From positions 32,001-96,000 of the forward strand of contig CAWCKJ010000007.1 of NCBI GenBank assembly GCA_963796105.1: a stretch of DNA of 64,000 nucleotides, given 5' to 3'. The translations under genes were made by a program, and so were the position numbers. Source of the DNA: a candidate division FCPU426 bacterium (GTDB lineage: Bacteria; Oederibacteriota; Muellerivitia; Muellerivitales; Muellerivitaceae). Shown here piece after piece: positions 28,041 to 37,280 of the stretch (position 1 is its first letter; each line of letters opens with the position of its first letter). The notes beneath the pieces were generated by a model. The model saw only the letters and a program-made list of their open reading frames with translations, searched no databases and was not told the origin of the DNA.

Positions 28041-28488
28041 AGCCCCAACCATACAAAACAGGAAAGCCCATTTCGATTATTTCATCCTGGAAAGCCAGGA
28101 GGCCGGCATCGCCTTGGCCGGATGCGAGGTGAAATCCATCCGCCTGGGCAAGGCCAACCTTCAGGACAGTTTCGGCCGGGTCGAGAAGAACGAAATTTTC
28201 CTTTACGGGATGCACGTGTCCCCCTACGCCCAGGGAAACCGCTACAATCCCGATCCCATCAGGCCCCGCAAGCTCCTGCTCAACCGGGGAGAGATCAATA
28301 AATTAGCCGGGAGGGTCCATGAAAAGGGCCTCAGCCTGGTGCCCTTGAGGCTTTATTTCAAGTCGGGAAAAGTAAAGGTTCAGTTGGCCTTGGCCAAGGG
28401 CAAATCCACCGTGGACAAGCGGGATAAGCTGAGGGAAAAGGAAGCCAACCGCGAGATCGAGCGGGCGATGCGTCGGAAGCTTAGATAG
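28030..28488 (+). CDS. smpB: SsrA-binding protein
   Basis: [37 protein letters not shown]...DKR. Confidence 0.97.
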   Translation: MADRAPTIQNRKAHFDYFILESQEAGIALAGCEVKSIRLGKANLQDSFGRVEKNEIFLYGMHVSPYAQGNRYNPDPIRPRKLLLNRGEINKLAGRVHEKGLSLVPLRLYFKSGKVKVQLALAKGKSTVDKRDKLREKEANREIERAMRRKLR

Positions 28489-31108
28489 GCTTGAGGTTGG
28501 CCAAGCCCTGGATGGCCCTCAGGAAGCTTTCCCCCGGCAAGGGGTGGCTGTAGAAATACCCCTGGACGTGGTCGCAGTCGTGGTTTTTCAGGAAAGTCAG
28601 CTGTCCCTCGGTCTCCACACCCTCCGCCACTACCTCGAGCTTCAAACTGTGGGCCAGGGCAATGACCCCCGTGACGATGGCGGCGTCGTTCGGGTCGATG
28701 GTAATGTCCCGCACGAAGGACTTGTCGATCTTCAGGGTCTCCAAGGGGAAGCGCTTCAAGTAGCTTAACGAGGAGTATCCAGTCCCGAAATCGTCCAAGG
28801 AAAGATGGATCCCCATTTTTTTGAATTCGTTCAGGGCCAGGATGGTAAAGTCGGCGTTTTTCATGGCGATGGTCTCGGTGATTTCCAGTCCCAAGTATTG
28901 GGGATCCATGCCGGTTTCCTGAAGGATCTGGGAAATACTGCTCACCAGGTTCTTCTGCTGGAACTGCCTCCCGGACAGGTTGACGAAAATGCAGAACTTG
29001 TCATTCCCTGCCTCGTGCCATTTCTTGATCTGCTGGCACACGTGGCGGATCACCCATTCCCCGATGGGAACGATCAGCCCTGTTTCCTCGGCCAAGCCGA
29101 TGAACTCCGTCGGAAACACCAGGCCGAGGTCTGGGTGCTGCCAGCGAACCAGGGCCTCCGCGCCGATGACCTTCTGGGTTTTCATGTCGATCTGCGGCTG
29201 GTAATAAACGACGAACTCCTCTTTTTCCAACGCCCTCCGGAGGTTGTTTTCCATGAGCAGCTGCTTGAAGGCGCTCACGTTCATGACAGAGGCATAAAGT
29301 TGGTAGTTGTTCCTTCCCTGCTCCTTAGCCCGATACATGGCGGTCTCGGAGTTCTTCATGAGGACCTCGGGATTCTCGCCGTCTTCCGGGTAGAAGGCAA
29401 TGCCGATACTGGTGGTCACGTGGAGCTCATGGCCGTTGAGCTTGAATGGCGTAGAGAGCAGTTCGATGATCTTTTGCGCGTGCTCAGTGGCGTCCTCAAT
29501 CTTGCTTACTTGCGGCAGGAGCAGGGTGAACTCGTCGCCTCCGAAGCGCGCTATGGTCTCGTTCTGGTTGAGGACGTCCAGGAGCCTCTCGGCCACAGCC
29601 ACCAAGAGCTTGTCCCCCACCTGGTGACCCAGGGTCTCGTTGATGTTCTTGAAGCGGTCCAGGTCCAGGACCAGCACGCTGAGCAACTGGTTGTTCAGCT
29701 TGGCGGTTTTCATGGCCTGTTCCAGGCGGTCCTTGAAGAGAGTCCGGTTGGGAAGGTTCGTCAGGACGTCGTAATAGGCCTGGTGCCGGATGGTCTCATC
29801 AGCCCTCTTCCGGTCGGTGATGTCCCTCGCGACAGCTTGGACCACCTTCCGGCCGTTCCAATTGAAAACGTAAAAATTGATCTCGAAAGGGATCTTCAAC
29901 CCGTTTTTCGAGAGATAGGACCTCTCAGCCCCAATCAGCTGCCCCTTTTCTAATAGGGCCCTGAAATGCTTTGGCATCCCGTTCACGTCCTCGGGTACGG
30001 CGAGGTCGTAGGGGGTCATGTGGAGCAATTCCTCACGAAGGTAGCTGATTTTGGAGCAGGCGATGTCGTTGACCTCCATAAACTTCCCGGGTACCGCGTC
30101 GTCGGAGATGGGGAAAAGGAAGATCGCGTCATTAGCCTTGTTGAAAAGCTCCCTGAATTTCTCCTCGCTCTCCCTCAAAGCGAGCTCGCTACGTTTACGC
30201 TCCAGGGTGCCCGCGAACAGATCGCCCGCGATTCGGAAAAAAGCGATGTCGTCGGTGTCCCAATCTCGGGCCTCCCGGAGGGTGCTGAAGGTCATGAAAC
30301 CGATGATCCGGCCGGCGGACACCATGGGGACGCTTATGATGGACTTGATGCCCCAACTGATGAGAAATTCCTTTTCCTTGACCGCGATAGGAGGCAGGTC
30401 CTCGGGGCTTCCCAGCAACACTGTCTCCAGGCGGTTCAGCTTGTCAAAGAACCAGGGATAATCCGACAACTTCATGTTTTTCGGCCAGTTGATGGGAGGG
30501 GGCGCGTCCTCGGCAGACCATATAAATGCGGGCGTGACTACGGCGCCATGGCTTTCCATGAATATGTAAATCCGTTCCGCCTTGATAAAACGGCCGATCG
30601 TCTGGAGCGCCTGCTGGATGCCCGCGTCGATCTTATCAATGGGCAGATTGATGAAGTGGGAGGTCAAAGCGCTGATGAGCTTTCCGAACTCAACCCTGTG
30701 CTTGAAAACCTCCTCCCTTTTGTCCCATTCGGTGACGTCCAAGGAAAAACCCACCACGCCATTGAATCGGCCGTCGGCGTCCAAAAGGGATGAGTACCTT
30801 GTCTCAAAAACGGAATTTTCAACCCGCGAGGTGGAGGTGAAATTTTCCACCCGCAAGGCCCGGCGAATTTCCTCGATGAGCGGTGGGTTTTTTTGGTACA
30901 TATCCAGGGCGGAACGGCCCACAACCTCTCCTGGTTTCAACCCGAGGGAATGAAGCCCGTCCCCTTCAGAGAGGGTGAAAATACCGTTGCGGTCCAGCGC
31001 GAATAAAATAAAAGGGGCTTGAGAAAGGGCGTTCCGAAGTTTGTTATCCCCGGACTCGGTTAGACTCTGCCCAGGTGCGGCAGATCCATCGCTTTCATGC
31101 GTGATCAC
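28481..31108 (-). CDS. PAS-GAF-PAS-GGDEF-EAL c-di-GMP signalling protein
   Basis: Intact [15 protein letters not shown] and [10 protein letters not shown] motifs; PAS and GAF segments upstream. Confidence 0.93.
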   Translation of the reverse strand: MITHESDGSAAPGQSLTESGDNKLRNALSQAPFILFALDRNGIFTLSEGDGLHSLGLKPGEVVGRSALDMYQKNPPLIEEIRRALRVENFTSTSRVENSVFETRYSSLLDADGRFNGVVGFSLDVTEWDKREEVFKHRVEFGKLISALTSHFINLPIDKIDAGIQQALQTIGRFIKAERIYIFMESHGAVVTPAFIWSAEDAPPPINWPKNMKLSDYPWFFDKLNRLETVLLGSPEDLPPIAVKEKEFLISWGIKSIISVPMVSAGRIIGFMTFSTLREARDWDTDDIAFFRIAGDLFAGTLERKRSELALRESEEKFRELFNKANDAIFLFPISDDAVPGKFMEVNDIACSKISYLREELLHMTPYDLAVPEDVNGMPKHFRALLEKGQLIGAERSYLSKNGLKIPFEINFYVFNWNGRKVVQAVARDITDRKRADETIRHQAYYDVLTNLPNRTLFKDRLEQAMKTAKLNNQLLSVLVLDLDRFKNINETLGHQVGDKLLVAVAERLLDVLNQNETIARFGGDEFTLLLPQVSKIEDATEHAQKIIELLSTPFKLNGHELHVTTSIGIAFYPEDGENPEVLMKNSETAMYRAKEQGRNNYQLYASVMNVSAFKQLLMENNLRRALEKEEFVVYYQPQIDMKTQKVIGAEALVRWQHPDLGLVFPTEFIGLAEETGLIVPIGEWVIRHVCQQIKKWHEAGNDKFCIFVNLSGRQFQQKNLVSSISQILQETGMDPQYLGLEITETIAMKNADFTILALNEFKKMGIHLSLDDFGTGYSSLSYLKRFPLETLKIDKSFVRDITIDPNDAAIVTGVIALAHSLKLEVVAEGVETEGQLTFLKNHDCDHVQGYFYSHPLPGESFLRAIQGLANLKPI

Positions 31109-31240
31109 GCTTCCTCCAATGGGGTAAATAATTGGTTTGGAACGTTCAACCTGGCGGTTTTCTTTAGGAACAGGATTTTATTTTAGGGAAGCTGGGCCAA
31201 TAAATAAAGGTAAAAGGGCGGAACCGATAAACACCTTTTT

Positions 31241-31822
31241 TCAGCGGAAATAATCAGGCTCATTACCAGGTTTCCACTTGATGCTGCAGCCAACGCCGGG
31301 TTTTTGATCCTTTGGACTGGGACGCCCTTCCAATAGGGCATCCAGGGCTTCCCTCAGGCTTTTTCCCGTGACAGGCAGGCCGTTTCCGGGCCGACTGTCG
31401 TCCAATTGGCCCCGGTAAACCAGATGGAATTCCCTGTCGAATAGGTAAAACTCCGGCGTACAGGCCGCCCGGTAGGCTTTGGCCGTTTGTTGGGTCCCGT
31501 CAAAAAGCAAAGGATAATTGAGGCCTATTTCCTTGGCCATTTGTCTCAAACTCTCCGGGGAATCGTCCGGATATTTCACGGAATCGTTGGAACTGATAGC
31601 CGCGATACCAACCTCTTTGGGACCGTAATCTTTTCCCAAACAAGCCAGTTCCCCCTTGACGTGCTGGACATAGGGGCAATGCCTGCAGACGAACATGATC
31701 AAGAGAGCCTTTTTGCATGAGAAATCTGCCAGGCTCAGGATATGCCCTGATTGCACATCCGGCAGGTGAAAATCAGGGGCTGGAGTTCCCAATTCCATCA
31801 TGGTGGAAGGCGTGAGAGACAT
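31241..31822 (-). CDS. Thioredoxin/AhpC-TSA family redoxin
   Basis: LGTPAPDFHLPD, CRHCPYV, AACTPEF, YRGQLDDSRP, GCSIKWK. Confidence 0.9.
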   Translation of the reverse strand: MSLTPSTMMELGTPAPDFHLPDVQSGHILSLADFSCKKALLIMFVCRHCPYVQHVKGELACLGKDYGPKEVGIAAISSNDSVKYPDDSPESLRQMAKEIGLNYPLLFDGTQQTAKAYRAACTPEFYLFDREFHLVYRGQLDDSRPGNGLPVTGKSLREALDALLEGRPSPKDQKPGVGCSIKWKPGNEPDYFR

Positions 31823-31851
31823 AACTCCTCCTAATTAATTTGGGGTTTAAT

Positions 31852-32151
31852 TCAGCGGCCCTTTTTGGAATCCTTACTGTCGGCCTGGTCCGAGACAATA
31901 TTTTGATCCGAGACGTTTTCCTGCTCTTGGGGAGTTTTGTTATCAACCTTTATTTTAAAATTTTGTTTCCTCTTTTTTCTCTTCTTGGGTTTGGCCCTAT
32001 GGTTGTAATGATGAGTGACTTCGGGCTTCTCGGCGGGTTTGAGAAGGTTCGAATCATCAGATTGCGCCAGGGCTTTGGGAGCCAAACCAAACCTGAGAAT
32101 TCCAATAGCCAAAATAGCGAGTAAATGTCTTAGGTATCTATTGTATTTCAT
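31852..32151 (-). CDS. Small basic secreted hypothetical protein
   Basis: Signal peptide ending ALA; Lys-rich; 4-bp overlap with the upstream omptin gene. Confidence 0.55.
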   Translation of the reverse strand: MKYNRYLRHLLAILAIGILRFGLAPKALAQSDDSNLLKPAEKPEVTHHYNHRAKPKKRKKRKQNFKIKVDNKTPQEQENVSDQNIVSDQADSKDSKKGR

Positions 32152-33236
32152 AGGTTTATTTTACGGTTAAACTGCGCTGAAAAACAATTTCCTAAAACCT
32201 CTTGAGTTTTCAGGTGCTTAGAATCTGGCTCCTGACCTTTTGTGCCTGTATTAAAATCATAAGAGAATTCACAACCGACACGATACTGATAGGAATTCAC
32301 TTGATCGTTCACCAAGTCGCTGGCCGGCAAGCTTTGCGAATAATCGGTTTGTATCTGGGTTCCAGTGTTAGAGAAAGTTATATATTGCCCATAGGCAGTA
32401 AGAAACCACCCTTGGGCGAGATCCCATCTTAAATCCCCCTTTAGAATAGTTGAAAAACCGCTTCCATTCCCTTGCATAACCAAATCCCGAAGAAGATGGT
32501 GGTCCATGTCGTTAAAATCGCATAGTCCGACATCGGCCCCAAATCCGCCGTGAAGACCCGCGTTGAGCTCAAAGTCGAAATTCAAGCCGATGAAGTAATT
32601 GTTATAGTTTATTTCATAACTTAAGACCGGTGTGGGTGAAGCCGCGCTCACAGATTGGTTGGATGTACCGCCAATAATAAATGGCCCATAAAAACCAGCG
32701 TAATTGTAAACATAAAAGGTCCCCCAATTCTGGTGCTCATATCCCAATTGGACATTCACGCCGCAACCATCATTGGGGCCGAAAGAGGTCAGCCTCTTCT
32801 TGATAAGGAGGCTGAAAATTCGTGCCGGTGTTTCAACACCTGTAGAGATCGTGTCCCCTATCGCGGAATTGTAGTAATCGTTGTAAAGAGATTGAGTAAT
32901 CCAATCCCTGTCCCTGAAAGACTGGCTCGCCCCGAAAAAGGAAAAGGCGTAATCCACCGAGACGAGGAAATCCCCTCTTCCCAGATTGAGATCCGCCCCC
33001 AGATCAAGCAAATCCGCGTTCAAGTTGTATTCCAACTTGCTTTCGCCGTTATAGGTTCCAACAATCTGGTTATTGATAGTCATCGGTGAATAACCGGCGA
33101 AGGTAATGTCATAACTGGTTTGGCCCGTGATTTCGGATAACCCAGTCCACAGGCCAATGATGGGATCCGCGGAAGCTAATTGCCGTAACGAAAAGCAAAA
33201 CAACAAGATGAACCAAATGAACTTTTTCACTTTCAC
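32148..33236 (-). CDS. Omptin-family outer-membrane protease
   Basis: Signal peptide; ESKLEY, RDRDW (Asp-x-Asp) and DMDHHLLR (Asp-x-His) catalytic motifs in the omptin order. Confidence 0.7.
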   Translation of the reverse strand: MKVKKFIWFILLFCFSLRQLASADPIIGLWTGLSEITGQTSYDITFAGYSPMTINNQIVGTYNGESKLEYNLNADLLDLGADLNLGRGDFLVSVDYAFSFFGASQSFRDRDWITQSLYNDYYNSAIGDTISTGVETPARIFSLLIKKRLTSFGPNDGCGVNVQLGYEHQNWGTFYVYNYAGFYGPFIIGGTSNQSVSAASPTPVLSYEINYNNYFIGLNFDFELNAGLHGGFGADVGLCDFNDMDHHLLRDLVMQGNGSGFSTILKGDLRWDLAQGWFLTAYGQYITFSNTGTQIQTDYSQSLPASDLVNDQVNSYQYRVGCEFSYDFNTGTKGQEPDSKHLKTQEVLGNCFSAQFNRKINL

Positions 33237-33853
33237 TCCATATATATTTTATTGAGAGGAGGATGAGCTTTTTAAAAGCGGGGCTTTTCATCAGCCCGTA
33301 TATATTTTTCTATCACAATTTACTTCTTATCGTTTCCTTCCGCAATAGGAACGGTTCTCACGACTTAAATTCACCAAGCGGTCATAAAGATCAACCAATA
33401 TAAGTCTCATCCTTGAGGGATTCTGGAGTGAGTCCTGATCGGGTATGTTATTAAAAGCCTAATCGGGAACTTTACGATCTTAATTTGGGGTATTAATAAC
33501 TGAATTAGTTCCGAATTTCATGAGCCGAATTTGTAGCCAAGCCAGTCAGCATTTCACTTCTTATTGAAAGTCACACCCTTTTAAAACATTTCCTAGCCAC
33601 GGATATGCCGATCATCTACAAATACATAATGAGATCGGTATCATACCAACCCCATTAAAGGCTTTATTGAAGGCTGGCATATATGGGATTCCTTGGATTT
33701 GCTTGAAATTCAAAATTCTTACTTTTTTTACCGCAAGACCACCAGCTTCAGAATTTGGCTTTTGCCATTAGCCGTCACCCTTACGAAATACAACCCGTTT
33801 GACAATGACGTTCCCCATTTGTCCAATCGGCAATTTCAAATAATTAGCTTAAA

Positions 33854-34444
33854 TTACCCAGGGGTTTGCTCCTTCTCGCCAGTTTTACCATCCCGGGACA
33901 AATGGGTATGGCCACCTACCAATAAACTCCCGAAGACCAAATTGCCCTTCCGCTCGACCTTTTCTATCTTCACGAATGCTACTCTTCGGTTTCCGCCCAG
34001 GATCCTCAAGCATAAAACATCAGGTACTTTCGAGGAATGCTCCAGAACCTTCGCGGATGGCTTTAAAATTCCCAACTTACTATCTTCCAACTTTTTCTGG
34101 GCGTTCAAAGCTTCGGCTGGCGACAAATAAAGGGAGAAATGGCTAACAGGCGCAAGGAATCTCATCTGGGGATCGGTTTGTCCCTGATTGGGATCAAAGA
34201 GAAGCTGAATATGTCCGATATCTTGCTTAATTTTCAGATGAATAACTTTATCGTGGTTGATGACTTTGGCGATTTCATTGGAATTTTCATGCAAAGACAC
34301 AAATATTTGCGGGATAGCAAAATTACCGTTACTAAAACGGTCTAACTGGCCAAAGAGAAACAACCCTATCCAAATAACCGTGATAAAACTGGTTAAAGAA
34401 CCTACCCAAAAAACGATCAGCTTATGTTTGCTTAATGTTTTCAT
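33854..34444 (-). CDS. Hypothetical membrane-anchored protein
   Basis: N-terminal TM helix; GGGAGAAGG upstream; AT-rich. Confidence 0.55.
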   Translation of the reverse strand: MKTLSKHKLIVFWVGSLTSFITVIWIGLFLFGQLDRFSNGNFAIPQIFVSLHENSNEIAKVINHDKVIHLKIKQDIGHIQLLFDPNQGQTDPQMRFLAPVSHFSLYLSPAEALNAQKKLEDSKLGILKPSAKVLEHSSKVPDVLCLRILGGNRRVAFVKIEKVERKGNLVFGSLLVGGHTHLSRDGKTGEKEQTPG

Positions 34445-34571
34445 GACCCTTCTCCCATCCAGAGCGATCTATTAACTAGAACCTCAGGTTTTTCATCTTC
34501 ACACCCTCTAGACGGGCGAGTCGCAATTCCTTTCAAAAATATTTTAAGGTTAAACCATTATTTTTAAATTG

Positions 34572-34864
34572 ACTCAACTTTGGCAAATTCCTAGCGGCCT
34601 GCTTTAGATAGCTATTCCCCCCCCTTTGAAAAGGGACTTATTTACTTCACTCCCGAAAGGACGATATGCCCGCAAATAAACAAAAAACGCCTGAAAAAAA
34701 GAAGGCAAAAGAAGGAAAAGGGAGTTAACTATATAAGCCCCTTTGAAAAGGGGGATAGGGGGGTATTAGTTATTGCTGAAACCAGAAACAAGTCTAACTT
34801 CCCCTTAATCCCCCTCTTCAAGAGGGGGAAGAATCAACATCCTAAAAACTTGCCAAAGTTGAGT
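34572..34864. mobile_element. MITE-like element, family 1 copy A (15-bp perfect TIR ACTCAACTTTGGCAA)
   Basis: Perfect terminal inverted repeat; internal CCCCTTTGAAAAGGG palindrome core shared with 57699..57921 and 39819..40032. Confidence 0.75.
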
Positions 34865-34914
34865 TATTGAGGTTTAAAAAAGTGGGATTTTAAAGAAAAG
34901 GAACCTTGGAAATA

Positions 34915-37152
34915 TTACAACATTGACTGGGGATCGAGATCAACCACACGGAATACCCCAGGATGGGGCTCTGTCATTTTGTCATCCAGAAATTGAACCA
35001 ACTGGCGGATGGACTGCGCTTTCATGGCTTTCAATAAAATCTGGAACCGATAATGGCCCCTGAGTTTGGCGATCCCCGCCGGGGCCGGGCCATAAACCCG
35101 GACTCCCAGGCTCGACGCGTTTTTTTTCAAAAACACCCCAGCTTTTTCAGCAATTTCTCTGGCCTTTTTCTCAAACTTACTCCGGTACATCATTAATCCC
35201 AGGCGTGTAAAGGGCGGGTATTCCAAAATTTTTCGAAGTTCCAGTTCCCCTTCCCAAAAAGCCCCCGTGTCATGCTTGACTGCGGCCTGAATGGCGGTAT
35301 GTTCCCCATGAAAAGTCTGTAAGTAGATGACCCCCTCCTTGTCGGCCCGTCCGGCCCGGCCCGCCACCTGCACCATGAGTTGGAAAACCCTTTCCGACGC
35401 CCGAAAATCAGGCAGGGAAAGTCCGACGTCCGCGCCCACCACACCCACCAGCGTGATTCCCGGAAAATCATGACCCTTGGCGATCATCTGGGTCCCAATG
35501 AGGATGTCGATTTCTTTCTTTCGGAATTTCCCGAGGATATCGTCGTGGCTCCCCTGTTTCCTGGTGGTGTCCAAGTCCATGCGCGCAATTCGGGCCTTGG
35601 GGAACGCGGCCATGACTTCCTCCTCCACCTTCTGGGTGCCCAAACCGACGGCCCGGACGGCCTTATCCCCGCACTTGGCGCAGGTCTCAGGCAAGGGCCC
35701 CTGCCAGTTGCAGTAATGGCATATCACAACAGGCTTGCCCTCAGCCCCGCCGGAAACTTTTCCAGGATTGCGGTGAAGCGTGACTGGGATGGCGCAAGAG
35801 GGGCAATGAACCTGTTCCCCGCATTTCATGCATAAGAGAAGGGTTTGAAATCCCCGTCTATTCAAAAAAAGAAGGACCTGTTCCTTCTTTTCCAAAGTTT
35901 CCCGAATCGCTTCCCTAAGGGCGATGGACAATACCGGCCGGTCCTCTCCCCGTACCGCCCATTCCTCCCTCAGATCCACAAGTTTTATTTCCGGAAGGGG
36001 CCTTCGATTGATTCGTTCAGGCATGGTCAAGAGGGTGTATTTGCCGGCCCTTGCGTTCTGCACCGATTCCAACGAAGGTGTGGCGCTCCCTAACAGGGCT
36101 ACCGCCTTGCAGATTTGGGCCCTTTTCACCGCCGCGTCACGGGCATGGTACCGAGGGGCGTCTTCCTGTTTGTAGGTTGACTCATGCTCCTCATCCACCA
36201 CAATCAGCCCCAGCTTGGGAGCCGGGGCGAATAGCGCCGACCTGGCGCCTACCGCCACTTTCGCCTGGCCGAGGGCCATTCTCCTCCATTCCCTCATTCG
36301 GTCCCCCGCCGAAAGACGGCTGTGGAATACCGCTACCTGGTCCCCGAACCTGCCCGTGAACCGTTCCACCGTCTGGGGAGTCAGGGCGATTTCAGGGATG
36401 AGGACAATGGCCTGTTTGCCCTGGCTGAGCGTCCGGCTGATAGCCTGGAGATAGACCTCGGTCTTTCCGGATCCGGTCACGCCCTGGAGAAGGAAGGGAT
36501 GAAATATCCCGGCATCCAGGGATTTGACGATGGAATCCAAAGCTTTTTGCTGCTGGGGTTGGAGCTTGTGGGGCTGGGTGAAGGCTCCCAATTCTTTTCG
36601 CTTCCTTCCGGACTCATCCTTGATAGCCGCCACAAGGACATCCGCCAACCCGCTTGATTTCAACGCCTCGGCCAGGGCCCTGGTTCTAGCTGTCAGGGGT
36701 ATTTTTTTATACTTGAGACTGTCCCAGTTCACTCCCCTCAAAGTCCCAGACTTGGCGAGAATACTTTCAACCTCCGCCTGTCTTTCCAGCCCTTGTTGGG
36801 TTAATTGAAGGAAAGCCCTTCCGGCTTTGCGGTACCCCGCCGGAATGATGGCGAAAAGAGCCTCACCCTGGGAGCAGTAGTAATAATCCGCGATCCAGCG
36901 TCCCAGTTCCATCAAATCCTCCCCCAGGCACTGCTCCGGGTCCAGGATCGAATCGATGGGCTTCAAGCCCTTGAGATCCCCAGGGGCTTGGCGGGAAAGG
37001 CCCATGACGAGCCCCACCGCCTGGCGCCTGCCGAAGGAAACGAGGCATCGCATGCCGGGTTTTACCAGCCCCTCCAGCGCAGCAGGTACCCTGTAGGTGA
37101 AGGACTTCTTCAGGGAAATGGCGAAAACTATTTGGGCGAATGAATCAGGCAA
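34915..37152 (-). CDS. priA: Primosomal protein N'
   Basis: GVTGSGKTEVY, IPEIALTPQ, DEEHE, Cys-rich zinc region, GTQMIAKGHDFP. Confidence 0.97.
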   Translation of the reverse strand: MPDSFAQIVFAISLKKSFTYRVPAALEGLVKPGMRCLVSFGRRQAVGLVMGLSRQAPGDLKGLKPIDSILDPEQCLGEDLMELGRWIADYYYCSQGEALFAIIPAGYRKAGRAFLQLTQQGLERQAEVESILAKSGTLRGVNWDSLKYKKIPLTARTRALAEALKSSGLADVLVAAIKDESGRKRKELGAFTQPHKLQPQQQKALDSIVKSLDAGIFHPFLLQGVTGSGKTEVYLQAISRTLSQGKQAIVLIPEIALTPQTVERFTGRFGDQVAVFHSRLSAGDRMREWRRMALGQAKVAVGARSALFAPAPKLGLIVVDEEHESTYKQEDAPRYHARDAAVKRAQICKAVALLGSATPSLESVQNARAGKYTLLTMPERINRRPLPEIKLVDLREEWAVRGEDRPVLSIALREAIRETLEKKEQVLLFLNRRGFQTLLLCMKCGEQVHCPSCAIPVTLHRNPGKVSGGAEGKPVVICHYCNWQGPLPETCAKCGDKAVRAVGLGTQKVEEEVMAAFPKARIARMDLDTTRKQGSHDDILGKFRKKEIDILIGTQMIAKGHDFPGITLVGVVGADVGLSLPDFRASERVFQLMVQVAGRAGRADKEGVIYLQTFHGEHTAIQAAVKHDTGAFWEGELELRKILEYPPFTRLGLMMYRSKFEKKAREIAEKAGVFLKKNASSLGVRVYGPAPAGIAKLRGHYRFQILLKAMKAQSIRQLVQFLDDKMTEPHPGVFRVVDLDPQSML

Positions 37153-37280
37153 ACCTTACTCCTGGAATGAATTCAATATTGCCAGCATCCACTTTTGGAC
37201 ATTCTAGGCTGATCTGGAGATAGACGTTTCAATCCAGTATGGGGATTCAACCGGTAATCCGCCAGGAAAACATGGGGCTT

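Noticed and set aside
28440..28560. tmRNA expected downstream of smpB
   Set aside because: There is no space: smpB overlaps the convergent EAL gene, and no ssrA termini are seen.
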